64,000 bases of DNA from Coleofasciculus chthonoplastes F2-STO-03. Its GTDB lineage: Bacteria; Cyanobacteriota; Cyanobacteriia; Cyanobacteriales; Coleofasciculaceae. A model generated the notes under the pieces. It was not told where the DNA came from. It saw only the letters and a list, made by a program, of their open reading frames with translations, and searched no databases. This document shows, one piece after another, positions 40,301 through 49,842 of the stretch. How positions within the stretch are numbered: the stretch's first letter is position 1; every line of letters starts with the position of its first letter. Both the position numbers and the translations under genes were made by a program. The DNA lies in NCBI GenBank assembly GCA_040222015.1, contig JAVJWO010000052.1, positions 32,001 to 96,000 of the forward strand, read 5' to 3'.

Positions 40301-41077
40301 TTGTTGGGGTTTGCCATCGGGAGTTTTGGTAAACACTGTATCTCGGCTATAAAGCCAGCACCATTCCCCATTTGCACGACGCATTCGGTATTCGGTTTCG
40401 ATAATTTCTCGCTCTGAAGCTGTCGCCAAGCGTTCCATTCGTGCCGATACGTTGGCTAAATCGTCCGGGTGCATCAGTTGCGTAAACAGGGTGTCTCCCA
40501 TGGCTTGGACTGCTTCCGGAGAATACCCCAAAATATCAGTAATGGTGCGATTACTATAGATATTCCGTTGTTCGATGATATCGTAAATATAAACAATAGC
40601 GGAAATGGATTGACTAATTTGTTCAATGACATACTGCGATTGCCGCAATGCCTTTTCCGCTTGCTGACGTTCGGTTACATCTCGAAAAATTAATAGATGA
40701 TGATCTGGCAACATATTGGCGATGCCTTCTAATTCTACATCTCGTTGAGTCCCATCGGAACGCCACAGACAAAAGTTATGGGTGATTCGCCCTTGGGCGA
40801 GAAAGGGGCGCCAGTGATGAATACTAATCGGTGTAGTCTCCTTGATATGGCGATGCAGCAGTTGATCGTGAGATAATTTAAATAACTCACAAGCTGTCCG
40901 ATTTGCCTTGAGTACTTTTCCCCGACTGTCGGTAATAACCATGGCATCGAGGGAGTCATTGAAGATGGCTAGAAATGCACAAGCATCAGAATCCCCCTTT
41001 TGTTCCTGAAATGGGCATGAAGTCGGGTTTGCGGGTTGGGTTGGGCTGGGGTTGCTAGCCGAGTAATGGATAACCAT
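37364..41077 (-). CDS. Multi-PAS hybrid histidine kinase with REC domain
   Basis: Five PAS/PAC repeats, SHELRTPL, NLLSNAIKFT, GTGLGL, IDLVMP. Confidence 0.92.
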   Translation of the reverse strand: MVIHYSASNPSPTQPANPTSCPFQEQKGDSDACAFLAIFNDSLDAMVITDSRGKVLKANRTACELFKLSHDQLLHRHIKETTPISIHHWRPFLAQGRITHNFCLWRSDGTQRDVELEGIANMLPDHHLLIFRDVTERQQAEKALRQSQYVIEQISQSISAIVYIYDIIEQRNIYSNRTITDILGYSPEAVQAMGDTLFTQLMHPDDLANVSARMERLATASEREIIETEYRMRRANGEWCWLYSRDTVFTKTPDGKPQQILGVATDITTIKLAETKILSLNAELEQRVKERTEALQQANEKLKREIRDRQQAEKTLRENEEQFRSIFENVSVGIALLDLDGYILTANEANCRFLGYSPDEIIGMHFSRLTHPEDLSLDTDLFDSIVCGKRTNYTIDKRYLRQDGACVWGRITVSVIKHDDGSPRYIAIVCEDINDRKQMEEVLRESQQKYKTLFQIFPIGISIADQGGNITEANEASQEILGLSRQEQTSRTYDAPNLPIIRLDGTPMPASEFASVRALTENRVIENMEMGIVKAKDKITWISVTAAPIPLPDYGVAIAYIDISDRKRMEKALRESQQKYKTLFQILPIGISITDKQGNLIEANAASEKILGLSVSDRIHTKYVSPNLKVIRPDGTVMPQPEFANVRALTENKVIKNHESGIVKPDGKITWISATAAPIPLRDSGVVVAYLDITERKQAEEALQKATELAVREAKRSEIANRAKSEFLTNMSHELRTPLNGILGYAQLLRQDTTLTNQQHHNLTIIHQCGEHLLTLINDILDLAKIEAQKMELYPTEFHLPNFLHSLADLFQLRAQQKDIIFTYQVLSPLPNGVMADNKRLRQVLCNLLSNAIKFTERGDVTFRVSVVNRTHVKSVSTNHTLEAKISQGGFCTNVTINSQNQVPKPAPTNPDLDPSEGLRINHQPSAKLRFQIKDTGVGIEPSQLAQIFLPFHQVSAHSHATEGTGLGLAISQKLIQLMGSEIKVKSIPGQGSVFWFDINLPLVSGWQEPNPSSKRRITGFKGDKRKLMIVDDNRVNRALLRAMLKPVGFEILEAVDGPDCLHKVVEFYPDLILIDLVMPGIDGLETTRRMLKLPQLQDRDIVAIALSASVYPQIQQESLAAGCRGFLAKPVETQQLLDAIAHHLELEWIYSQPQFPSPTEATTLTQTPIISLPSSEITALADLVKMGDIQGIIERAESLAQQNSQFEPLTSQICQLARGFRLKQLRELIQDYLVDG

Positions 41078-41488
41078 ACTGTATTCTTGCTTTCGCGTGA
41101 CGTTTGCCCCAACCCGTTATTCCGCCATTGATGCGGCAGATCCTGGGTTGGGGCATACTACTATCTACAGTGCGATCGCGATCGAATCCCTATTTTGACA
41201 CCCCGGTTTGACACTGTGACCCCTGATCCGCCTGATTGCGTATCACAAAAATAAATTAAATAGCTTTTATTTAATACTCTTTTAATAATCTTGTCCGATT
41301 CACCACAGTCAGGAAACTCTAAACTTTTGAAACAGATTTTTATCCTCAGAATTTCCTCAGATTTCGGTTTTAGTCTAGAGATAAAGCAGAGTTGTCATAG
41401 ATTGTATCACACCCTACAGTCTCGTCAAACAACGCCAATAACGGTATTGTACCGGAACTGAACTCTACTGCAAATAGGAAGGAAGAAG

Positions 41489-41722
41489 ATGTTTAGTCAT
41501 ACATGTCTTTGTTGCTCACACACCTTACTCAGGCACATTCGCTCTCACCAAGTCTACTGGTTTTGTCCCCATTGTTACCAAGCTATGCCTGAATCCCTTG
41601 AACCATACTCACACCTGAATGCCTCCCAGCTTTTCGAGCTTTCTGTTGTAAAATCTTATAAAGTTGGCAGTAGCAAACGCGAAAAAGTACAACCCGTTCC
41701 TGAATTATGCCATGTCGCCTAG
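41489..41722 (+). CDS. Small Zn-ribbon-like protein
   Basis: CLCC..LLRHIR..YWFCPHCYQAMP; purine-rich RBS upstream. Confidence 0.6.
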   Translation: MFSHTCLCCSHTLLRHIRSHQVYWFCPHCYQAMPESLEPYSHLNASQLFELSVVKSYKVGSSKREKVQPVPELCHVA

Positions 41723-41896
41723 CTTGGCAATGAGTCGTTGATTAGAGCCTTTTATAAAATTATTAAAAATTGAATTCCCACCCTCAAAAAAAAATTAGCT
41801 AAGGCGAAACGGTTATCATCGATTTAAGGGAGAGCCAGTAAGGATGGTATCCTGAAATAAGCTAAACTCTTATTTCGTCCGGGGAATAGATTAGTA

Positions 41897-42058
41897 ATGC
41901 CAGATAGTCAGCAATGGGGTGAGGTATCCACCTTAGTGTCAGGAACTTTCCCTGATTTTTCGCTGATCCTCCCCCTCTATAATGAAGAAAAAAGTCTTGG
42001 GGCTACACTGGAACACTTGCAGAGCATTCTCAAGTCTGTACCCTGTCAGAACGAATGA
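41897..42058 (+). pseudogene. Truncated GT2 (polyprenol-P glycosyl synthase-like) N-terminus
   Basis: MPDSQQWGEVSTLVSGTFPDFSLILPLYNEEKSLGATLEHLQSILKSVPCQNE*; stop is 1 nt from the convergent gene's stop. Confidence 0.65.
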
Positions 42059-42059
42059 C

Positions 42060-43679
42060 TTACTGACTCCTCTTTTGGTAAATCGTGATTTCTGGATTAA
42101 TTTTATCGAAGTTGGAGTAAACGTACATACGATTGATATGTCGATAGCCTAATTCTTGATGATTGAGTAAATCCCATTGCGGTTTGGCTTTATACTGAAA
42201 CACTAGATCATAGCCAATTTCTTCTGTCTCTAATTGAGATAAAAATTCATACTCAGGGGTATTGGCTTCAAAGCGACGACTATCATAGGCACTTGTGCCA
42301 ATAATATAATCTGGATCTTTCTGCTTGAGAGTTTCCAGAGTCGGGCGCTTGAGACTTTCTGAGCTAAATTTTTCTAATCGGGGTAAATATTTAGCGTCAC
42401 CGGCGCCTAAAATAAAATCGTTGGAGGTAATGGTTTTTGTCATCCATTGTTCAACAATGTATCGGGAATCATGGGTGATTAATACATTGACGGATGTGGT
42501 GTAAAAAAAGGTATAAATAAATACAGCAATAATCGATAATGATTTAACGCGAACTAGCTGGGCAGATTGGGAGAGGAAATCCCCAATTAACTTACCGCCA
42601 AAAAACGCCAAAATTAGATATACGGGAAACAGAAAACGCAGGGCGTTATACATGACAATACTCACAAAAAATAAATAATACGAGACAATCGGAATCAGTA
42701 AACAGAGGAGATAATAGTGTTTTCGTTGCCAAAACGCCTTGAGCAAACCCAGGATACAGAGTCCGGATAAAAGCCAGCCAAACGACACTCTAATATGCCT
42801 CAAGCTTTGCCAAAACATGATTAGGTGTCCGCTCAGGCTGCGCTCAAATCGAGGACTGATGGTGGCGCCCCCTGAGGTAATATCATTGACATGAGCAAAG
42901 AAGCCATTTAAGTTAAATATAACGTTATGGATAGCGAGGAATAGGGCAAGTCCTACAGCTAAGGAAAGCAGAATTTTTCGGTCTTTCAGGGCGGTTTTCA
43001 GGGTGACGGCTGGATCACGTTGCTGTAAATAGCGATAGTGCTGCCATACTATAAAGCCAGAGGTTAAGATATAGAAGGCATAGGCTTGGTCTTTGGTGGC
43101 AACCGCGATCGCGGCTGTTGCAGCAAATAATACATAATCCCTAGTTTTTTGCGCTTTTAAGATGCGGATATAAAAGAATAGAGATAACATGAACCAGAAT
43201 AAATAGGGAATATCCAGGTTAATGGTTTTGGCATAATAAATAAAGGGTAAATTTAAGCTAGCGATTACTGCTGCGAAGAACGCTGATTGTTGATCATAGA
43301 GTTCTTGTCCAAGTTTATAGACAATCCCTAAAATCCCGGCGGCTAGGATCAGACTGAGGATTCTGCCGATATAAAATAAAAAGGTATAGGTGGGTAAACT
43401 ATAGACATTTACCACACCCAGTTTATGCAGGAGCAAGACAGGAGAATAGAAAACTGTGAGGATATAAAAATGAAAGGGTGGATACTTATAATGCCATCCA
43501 TTGGCAAATCCTTGTTCCACGGCTTCCAACACTCGTATCGGCGTAAGTTCATCCGCCGCCCAGCCGTTAAAACTGGGTAACCCCCAGTTAATTCCCCAAA
43601 GGTTAATCAATAGACTAAAAATCACTAAGCCGCAAAAGGCTCCATTAACAAACGCCTTTGATGGTACAGCAATCTTCAA
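42060..43679 (-). CDS. ArnT/PMT-like (GT-C) glycosyltransferase
   Basis: GINWGLP..WAADE, YPPFHFY, ATKDQA; many TM segments. Start uncertain: TTG near 43679 chosen because the longer ORF overlaps the divergent gene. Confidence 0.75.
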   Translation of the reverse strand: MKIAVPSKAFVNGAFCGLVIFSLLINLWGINWGLPSFNGWAADELTPIRVLEAVEQGFANGWHYKYPPFHFYILTVFYSPVLLLHKLGVVNVYSLPTYTFLFYIGRILSLILAAGILGIVYKLGQELYDQQSAFFAAVIASLNLPFIYYAKTINLDIPYLFWFMLSLFFYIRILKAQKTRDYVLFAATAAIAVATKDQAYAFYILTSGFIVWQHYRYLQQRDPAVTLKTALKDRKILLSLAVGLALFLAIHNVIFNLNGFFAHVNDITSGGATISPRFERSLSGHLIMFWQSLRHIRVSFGWLLSGLCILGLLKAFWQRKHYYLLCLLIPIVSYYLFFVSIVMYNALRFLFPVYLILAFFGGKLIGDFLSQSAQLVRVKSLSIIAVFIYTFFYTTSVNVLITHDSRYIVEQWMTKTITSNDFILGAGDAKYLPRLEKFSSESLKRPTLETLKQKDPDYIIGTSAYDSRRFEANTPEYEFLSQLETEEIGYDLVFQYKAKPQWDLLNHQELGYRHINRMYVYSNFDKINPEITIYQKRSQ

Positions 43680-43773
43680 CTGATTATCCTCCCTGCCGTG
43701 ATTTCCATTTGAGTCATTATAGTGTAGGATTGCTAAGGATCTATTCCAACAGGCTGAGTCATCGATTTTAGGT

Positions 43774-45360
43774 ATGAAGGTTAAGGCAGCCCCCCGTAGC
43801 CAGTCATTTTCATCTATCGCCCGGTTTTTGGCGGTTGCCCTGGTTTTTGGCATCGCTTATACTCAAGATCCCATCTATAACTCACCCGATAATCAGAATA
43901 CTAAGTTTTTACAAGGTTTAGCGAAAGCCGGTTATGGGTTGTTGTCGGAAGACTGGCTGGCGAATACGATTGATCCGTTGCCGGCTTTTAGTTTTTTAGT
44001 CCAGTTTACCTATCAGTATATCCATCCGGAATGGATGTTTTATGGGTATTACATCCTTATTTTCGGGGTGTATGCCTATAGTATTTTGGGGATTGTCAAT
44101 CATGTCTACAAGATTGGCTATTCCGGGTTGAAGTATTGGGTGTTTTTCACGGCGTTTATTGCGCTGCACACGGTACATATCAAAGTGGGCAATTTTGATA
44201 CGGGTTGGCATTTTCATGCGGGTGTGGCGGATCAATTTATTCTGGGACAAGTTTTTCAGCCCTGTAATTTTGGCGCGTTTATCCTGTTGTCGATTTGGCT
44301 GTTTCTGAGTCGGAAACCGTTTTTGGCGGTATCGTCGTTAGCGTTGGCGACGACGTTTCATCCGACGTATTTGCCGAGTGCGGCTATCCTGACGTTATCG
44401 TATATGGGGGTTATTTTAAAGGATGAATTCAATAGTCGGAAGGCGTTAGCGGTTGGTGTTTTATCGTTGATTCTGGTTTTACCCGTTTTTTGTTATATGT
44501 ATTTCACCTTCAGCGCTACGAATCCGGAGATTTGGCGCAAGGCGCAGGAAATTATTGTTGAGTTTAGAACGCCGCACCATTCGTTACCTGAGGTTTGGTT
44601 GGATAATGAGGTGCCTTATATTCAGGCGGGGATAGTGGCGTTGGCGGTTTATTTGGTGCGGCAAACAAAGCTGTTTCTGGTGTTGCTGTTACCTGGGATG
44701 ATGGCGATAGGGTTAACGGTGGCTGAAATTCAGTTGAATTCTGATACGTTGGCGTTTATCGCGCCTTGGCGATTGTCTGTCTTTTTGGTGCCGTTATCGA
44801 GTTGTATTATTGGTGCGGGTTTGGTTTCTTGGGCGTTTGAAAACTACCGTAATCCGATGATTCAGCATCAGCGGTTGGTGGCGCGGGTGACGTTATTTAT
44901 CCTATCGGTTTTGGTTTTGGCGGGGGCGGTGGAGCAGGCTATTTCGTTTTATGGGAAGGATAAGACGACGCCGATGATGGAGTTTGTTAAGCAGACGAGA
45001 GTATCGGGAGAAATTTATTTGGTGACGCCGGATAGTAAGCGGTTACGGAAGTTTCGGTTATATACGGGGGCGCCGATTTTGGTTAATTTTAAGTCTCATC
45101 CGTATAAGGATAGGGAGGTGATTGAGTGGTATAGTCGGCTGCAGTTGGCTCAAGGGTTTTATGGAGAGGGGTGTCGGGTTTTGGGGGAGTTACGGGATAG
45201 GTATCGGATTACTCATGTTGTTTTGGAGCGCGAGCAGTTTGATTGGGGGTGTGAGGGGTTGGAGGAGTTGTTTCGCGATGAGCATTATGGGGTGTATCGA
45301 GTTGTTGGGGGGCAAGGTTTTGCGCCTGATTTAAGGGTAAAGTCTGTTCCACTGTTTTAG
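43774..45360 (+). CDS. DUF6798-like polytopic membrane protein
   Basis: NQNTKF, DWLANTIDPLP, FRTPHH, PWRLSV, LVNFKSHPY, IEWYSRL. Confidence 0.7.
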   Translation: MKVKAAPRSQSFSSIARFLAVALVFGIAYTQDPIYNSPDNQNTKFLQGLAKAGYGLLSEDWLANTIDPLPAFSFLVQFTYQYIHPEWMFYGYYILIFGVYAYSILGIVNHVYKIGYSGLKYWVFFTAFIALHTVHIKVGNFDTGWHFHAGVADQFILGQVFQPCNFGAFILLSIWLFLSRKPFLAVSSLALATTFHPTYLPSAAILTLSYMGVILKDEFNSRKALAVGVLSLILVLPVFCYMYFTFSATNPEIWRKAQEIIVEFRTPHHSLPEVWLDNEVPYIQAGIVALAVYLVRQTKLFLVLLLPGMMAIGLTVAEIQLNSDTLAFIAPWRLSVFLVPLSSCIIGAGLVSWAFENYRNPMIQHQRLVARVTLFILSVLVLAGAVEQAISFYGKDKTTPMMEFVKQTRVSGEIYLVTPDSKRLRKFRLYTGAPILVNFKSHPYKDREVIEWYSRLQLAQGFYGEGCRVLGELRDRYRITHVVLEREQFDWGCEGLEELFRDEHYGVYRVVGGQGFAPDLRVKSVPLF

Positions 45361-45423
45361 CTGGTTTATGAATATGGCGTCACGATGAATGAATCGGCGA
45401 AGACAGCGCAACTACAAGCGTAG

Positions 45424-47127
45424 TTACAAATGACGCTCTAGACATTTGGCGTCTAAGACGGTGAATTTTTGGGTGTGAAAGAGGGTACATTGGCGAATTA
45501 ATGGGGGGAGGGCTAAGGGGATTTCTTGTTCTAATTTCAGGCTGGCTTCTGTGGCGACATCTGGAAATTGTTGTATCCATTTGTTGTGGCTGATGTAGTC
45601 GGGGGTAAAGGCGGATTGGTCGATTAGCCAAAAGTCTATAGTATGGTTTTGGATGAATGTTTTGATCTCGTTGGCGTCAGGGCTGTATTGAGCGCGAATT
45701 AAGTTAATGGCGCGTTGGCGCAAGGGGAGGTAATAGCTGAGATGATAGGGGATGGCGTATTCCCAACTGACTAAAATTGAACGGTGGGTAAAGGTGGGGA
45801 GGTTATCGGTTTCTGGGGATAGGGAGGCGATAAGGCTATCTTTGGGTTGATGGGTGAAAAATTGGTAGAGTTGGGGTGCGGTTCCGATTTCGTAGGCGGT
45901 TTTGGGGAAGTTTGGGACGAGGAGGGGGTAGAATAGTAGGATTCCGGCGAGGATTGTGGCGAAACCGATGGCGAGGATTTGGGTTTTCTGGAATAGTCCA
46001 TGACATAAGATGGTTAGGGCGATTCCTGTGGCGATGGGAAGTAGGAGTCGTAAAGTGTGTTCAGTGTAACGACTGGGTAAATGGAGGTGGAAGAGGAGTA
46101 AATGGGCGGTAAAAAATAGAGTCAGGGAGATGAGGAGAATTTGGGGGAGGAGGATGATTGAGGGGTGAATCTGTCGAGTTAGGGGGAAGTGTTGGGGAAT
46201 TTTTCCGAAACAGGGTAATAAGAGGGCGGCGTATAGTAAGATGGGGAGGGATTGGCGTCGAGGGAGAAGTCCACTGCGATCGCCGTTTAACCAGAAATCC
46301 CAGAAATTATCGGTAAAAAAGCTGGCTCGCCCCCCCGCCCAGAATTCTGGCATATCCTTGGCTTGTGTGGCGGTAATAATTGGCTCAAAGTCGGATTGGG
46401 TGAGGGCGTAGGGTAACATTACCAAAAATGCTACGAGTAAACCCGCCGCGCTGAAGTAGTAATCCTTCGTTTCACGCGACAGTCGCAGTTTCCCCCTTTG
46501 CCATTTCCCCAACTGGAGGATTAATAGTCCACTGGAGATGAGGACACTTTGGGGATAGAACCATCCTTGTAGCGCGATCGCACCTAAACTGGGAATTAGC
46601 GATCGCTTGATTAGATAATACCAGAATCCGAGGAGTAATGGGTAGACAAATGCTCTGGGTGTGGCGGAGACTAAATCATCCCGCATCCACAGGGTTTGAT
46701 TGACGAGCAGGGAACTAATAAATCCGGCGATGGGTAGGGGGAGGAGTTGTCGGGTGAGGGCAAAGGCGTAAATTGTGGTGATTAATGTCAGGAGTAGGGG
46801 GAGGAGTTTACTCAGGGTTAGGGGTGCGATTCCTAGGTTGGCGATGATTTGGTAGAGGGTTTTGTAGCCGACGGGAGCGACGGTTTGGAAATAATCGGCA
46901 ATGGTGTCATTGGGGAATAATTGGGAATCTATATATCGCTGCATCCAAAAGACGTGTTGTCTGGCGTCATCTTGGACGATATAAGGGGAATTGAAGGCTT
47001 GTTTTAGGGCTAATAGGCTATAACTGGTGGCAATGATGAGGCTGAGGGATAACCAGAAAATTACTCTGGGTTGGGATTGATGCGTGATTAGGGATAGTTG
47101 GGTTTTTTTGGGGGGATTTTTTGGCAT
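45424..47127 (-). CDS. DDARQH family membrane protein, paralog 3
   Basis: VQDDARQHVFWMQRY, HLPSRYTEH, EYAIPYH. Confidence 0.75.
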   Translation of the reverse strand: MPKNPPKKTQLSLITHQSQPRVIFWLSLSLIIATSYSLLALKQAFNSPYIVQDDARQHVFWMQRYIDSQLFPNDTIADYFQTVAPVGYKTLYQIIANLGIAPLTLSKLLPLLLTLITTIYAFALTRQLLPLPIAGFISSLLVNQTLWMRDDLVSATPRAFVYPLLLGFWYYLIKRSLIPSLGAIALQGWFYPQSVLISSGLLILQLGKWQRGKLRLSRETKDYYFSAAGLLVAFLVMLPYALTQSDFEPIITATQAKDMPEFWAGGRASFFTDNFWDFWLNGDRSGLLPRRQSLPILLYAALLLPCFGKIPQHFPLTRQIHPSIILLPQILLISLTLFFTAHLLLFHLHLPSRYTEHTLRLLLPIATGIALTILCHGLFQKTQILAIGFATILAGILLFYPLLVPNFPKTAYEIGTAPQLYQFFTHQPKDSLIASLSPETDNLPTFTHRSILVSWEYAIPYHLSYYLPLRQRAINLIRAQYSPDANEIKTFIQNHTIDFWLIDQSAFTPDYISHNKWIQQFPDVATEASLKLEQEIPLALPPLIRQCTLFHTQKFTVLDAKCLERHL

Positions 47128-47327
47128 AGAGAGACGGGTTTTTGAACGGTTTGTAGAGGGGAAGAGTGGATTTTTTCAACGCAGAGGTTCGCAGAGGGAA
47201 AGCGCAGAGGTAGTATTGGGAGAAGGGGGGTTGTGGGGGGTTCAATCAAGGCAATAACTTTAAAATATATATGACACTTTCTGCGTCTCCCCCATCTCTC
47301 TCTCATCACTTATTCAGCACACCCTAA

Positions 47328-47775
47328 TTATGGGGACAGGATTTGCCAAAGCCATCCTAATTCATAGACGGGTTTTATTTGATAGGGGGATTGCTGTTCG
47401 AGTTCATAGACTGATGAGGGCGGATAAACTGCGAGTGACAGAGGGAGTATTGCCAAACCAGCGCACCCAAAAATGAGCCATTAAATAATATAACGGTGGA
47501 TGCTCGGATTTGTTGACTAATGCCTTCATCGTATCGCTTAAGCCGTTTTGAGGGCGAGGTTGCAGATAATCCTGTAAGGCTTTAACTTGAATTATCCCGC
47601 CGTTGAAGTTATCCTGACTATAGTCTTGAATGGTATGTCCGGAGACGCGAACTGATGTATAAATTTCATCCGTCCAATAGACCTTTTTTCCTAGGTTGGC
47701 GAAGCGAAAAAATAAACCTAAGATGATGGTTATTGCCACACAAGCTATTATGACATGATGACGAATTTCTTTCAT
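47328..47775 (-). pseudogene. Internally deleted GT39/PMT-like glycosyltransferase
   Basis: N-terminus RFANLGKKVYWTDE..EHPPLYY..RSLSALISL* continues out of frame into a terminus-like YELEQQSPYQIKPVYELGWLWQILSP*. Confidence 0.7.
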
Positions 47776-47837
47776 GTTCTCATTCTAACTTCCTGCCGCT
47801 GCCTTAGAAGGGCGGGTTTAAGGCACCCTGGCTTTCT

Positions 47838-49523
47838 TTATTCAGCAATCCCCATAATACATTGCGCGTCTAGAACCATCAAAGCATCCGTATCGAATAC
47901 ACTACACTGTGCTGTAACTTTAGACAAGGCGGGATTTATTCCTACCTGTAACTGAGTAATCGCGGCTTTCGCTGGGGGATACTGCATCAACCAATTACTC
48001 CCCAAAATATAGTCAGGTGTAAAAGCGGCACGATGCACTAAAAAAAAGGTGACGCCATAGCGTTGAATAAACTGTTGTACCTGAAATAAGTCTGGACTAT
48101 ACTGAGCCTGAATTAAATCAATCGCCCGTTGCCGAATCTGAGTATAGTACCCGACATGATAGGGAATCGCATACATTTCACTGACTAAAACCGGCTGCTG
48201 GGAAAACGTCGGTAAATTATTAGCTTCTTCATCAAGGGAAGCAATCAGACTCGGCTGCGGTTGTTGAGCCAAAAATTCATATAAACTAGGATATTGACCT
48301 TGTTTATATCGAGTCAACGGGAAACTCACAAAACAGGGATATAGGATAAGTATCATCCCCAAAACTGCCGTAACTGCCCAAGCCAAGTATCGTCTAGAGG
48401 GGCGAGAAGTAACCCTTGCCCAATAAACCAATGCATCTACAACTACCACAAACGCGATCGCACTCGCTAATGCCATAACAATTCGCAGGCTATGGGTAGT
48501 ATACCGAATCGGCAGATGTAGCCTAAACAAGAAAACGTGGGCGAGAACAAATGTCACACCAGCCGTTATCACCATCTCCGGTAAAATAACCACACCCCTC
48601 GTCACCTGCTTAACCAAGCGAAAGCGGGAGGGATAGCGCCACAGCACTGGTAAAAGCAACCCCAGATACAGTAATGGCGGTAGAGACAATCCCCCCAAAA
48701 AACTACTACGCTTACCAAACAACCAAAACTCCCAAGGATTCGCATCAAAAAAAGGGGTTCTCCCCTCAGGCATAAACTCCGGTAACCCTCTCGCCGCAGC
48801 TGCCGCGATCGCAGGACCAAATTCACTAGACTGTACAGTGTAGGGTAGCAGTACCAGAATCGCCACCGCCAATCCCAACCCACCCAACCAATAATCCCCT
48901 CGATTCCCCGAAAGCCGCCATCGCCCCCCTTGCCAGTCTCCCATCTGCAAAATCAGGATTCCCGCACAGATCAACACATACTGAGGATAGAATACCCCCA
49001 AAAGCGCGATCGCACCCAAACAAGGAAACAGTGAGCGCCGCAGCAAATAGTACAAAAACGCCAACACGATTGGATAAACAAACGCTCTCGGCGTACCCGA
49101 AATCAGAGTATAAGTTGTCCAAAGATTTTGATTCAGCAATAGAGACGCCGTAAATCCAGCAATTGGCAGAGGTAACAATTCCCAACCAATACCAAAACAG
49201 TAACCCGTAGTAATCACCCCCAAAACAGTCGGCACCAGCTTATTAAATACCAGTGGATTCATCCCCAAACCTGCCATAATCTGATACAGCGTCGCATACC
49301 CAACTGGAGCAACCGACTGATGATAATCGGCAATTAAATCATCAGCAAATAACCCCGACTCCAAAAACCGTTGCATCCAGAACACATGCTGTCTAGCATC
49401 ACTATCCACCAAATAGTCACTACTAAACGCCTGCTGAAGTGCCAAAAGACTATAAACCACAGAAAACGTCAAACCAAGACTCAACCAAACAATAATATGA
49501 GAACGAGATAACTTATTCGTCAT
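47838..49523 (-). CDS. DDARQH family membrane protein, paralog 4 (motif variant DSDARQH)
   Basis: VDSDARQHVFWMQRF, HLPIRYTTHSLR, MYAIPYH; start placed at ATG 49523. Confidence 0.75.
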   Translation of the reverse strand: MTNKLSRSHIIVWLSLGLTFSVVYSLLALQQAFSSDYLVDSDARQHVFWMQRFLESGLFADDLIADYHQSVAPVGYATLYQIMAGLGMNPLVFNKLVPTVLGVITTGYCFGIGWELLPLPIAGFTASLLLNQNLWTTYTLISGTPRAFVYPIVLAFLYYLLRRSLFPCLGAIALLGVFYPQYVLICAGILILQMGDWQGGRWRLSGNRGDYWLGGLGLAVAILVLLPYTVQSSEFGPAIAAAAARGLPEFMPEGRTPFFDANPWEFWLFGKRSSFLGGLSLPPLLYLGLLLPVLWRYPSRFRLVKQVTRGVVILPEMVITAGVTFVLAHVFLFRLHLPIRYTTHSLRIVMALASAIAFVVVVDALVYWARVTSRPSRRYLAWAVTAVLGMILILYPCFVSFPLTRYKQGQYPSLYEFLAQQPQPSLIASLDEEANNLPTFSQQPVLVSEMYAIPYHVGYYTQIRQRAIDLIQAQYSPDLFQVQQFIQRYGVTFFLVHRAAFTPDYILGSNWLMQYPPAKAAITQLQVGINPALSKVTAQCSVFDTDALMVLDAQCIMGIAE

Positions 49524-49626
49524 TTGTCCTTTGTCAGGGTATAGAATTGGATTGATTCCCTGTAACCTCCTCAATAAAGGTATCAATTCTATCATTTTGA
49601 TTTTTTCTTCCCCGATTGTCTGAAAA

Positions 49627-49803
49627 GGGCGGGTTTAATCAAGTTATCCGTTTCTGCCAAAATGGTATCAATTAAACCCGCCCCTACATCAAAACCTACC
49701 ATTTTCATCTATAACATCCTCCTCCCAAAAACCGCAACTCCCCAACATCCCGCCAAAACCTCTGCGCCCCTCTGCGCTTCCCTCTGCGTTCCTCTGCGTT
49801 AAA
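49627..49803. repeat. Long-loop GTAG hairpin and CCTCTGCG repeats
   Basis: GGGCGGGTTT-37 nt-AAACCCGCCCCTAC; CCTCTGCG x4 at 49759-49798, the inverse of the GCAGAGG cluster at 47178-47210. Confidence 0.75.
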
Positions 49804-49842
49804 AATAAAACCATGAGACAACAAATCTAACCTAACAAATAA

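Noticed and set aside
43680..43853. Head-to-head overlap of the ArnT-like and DUF6798-like genes
   Set aside because: More simply explained by an over-extended ORF call; the hydrophobic N-terminus begins near 43679
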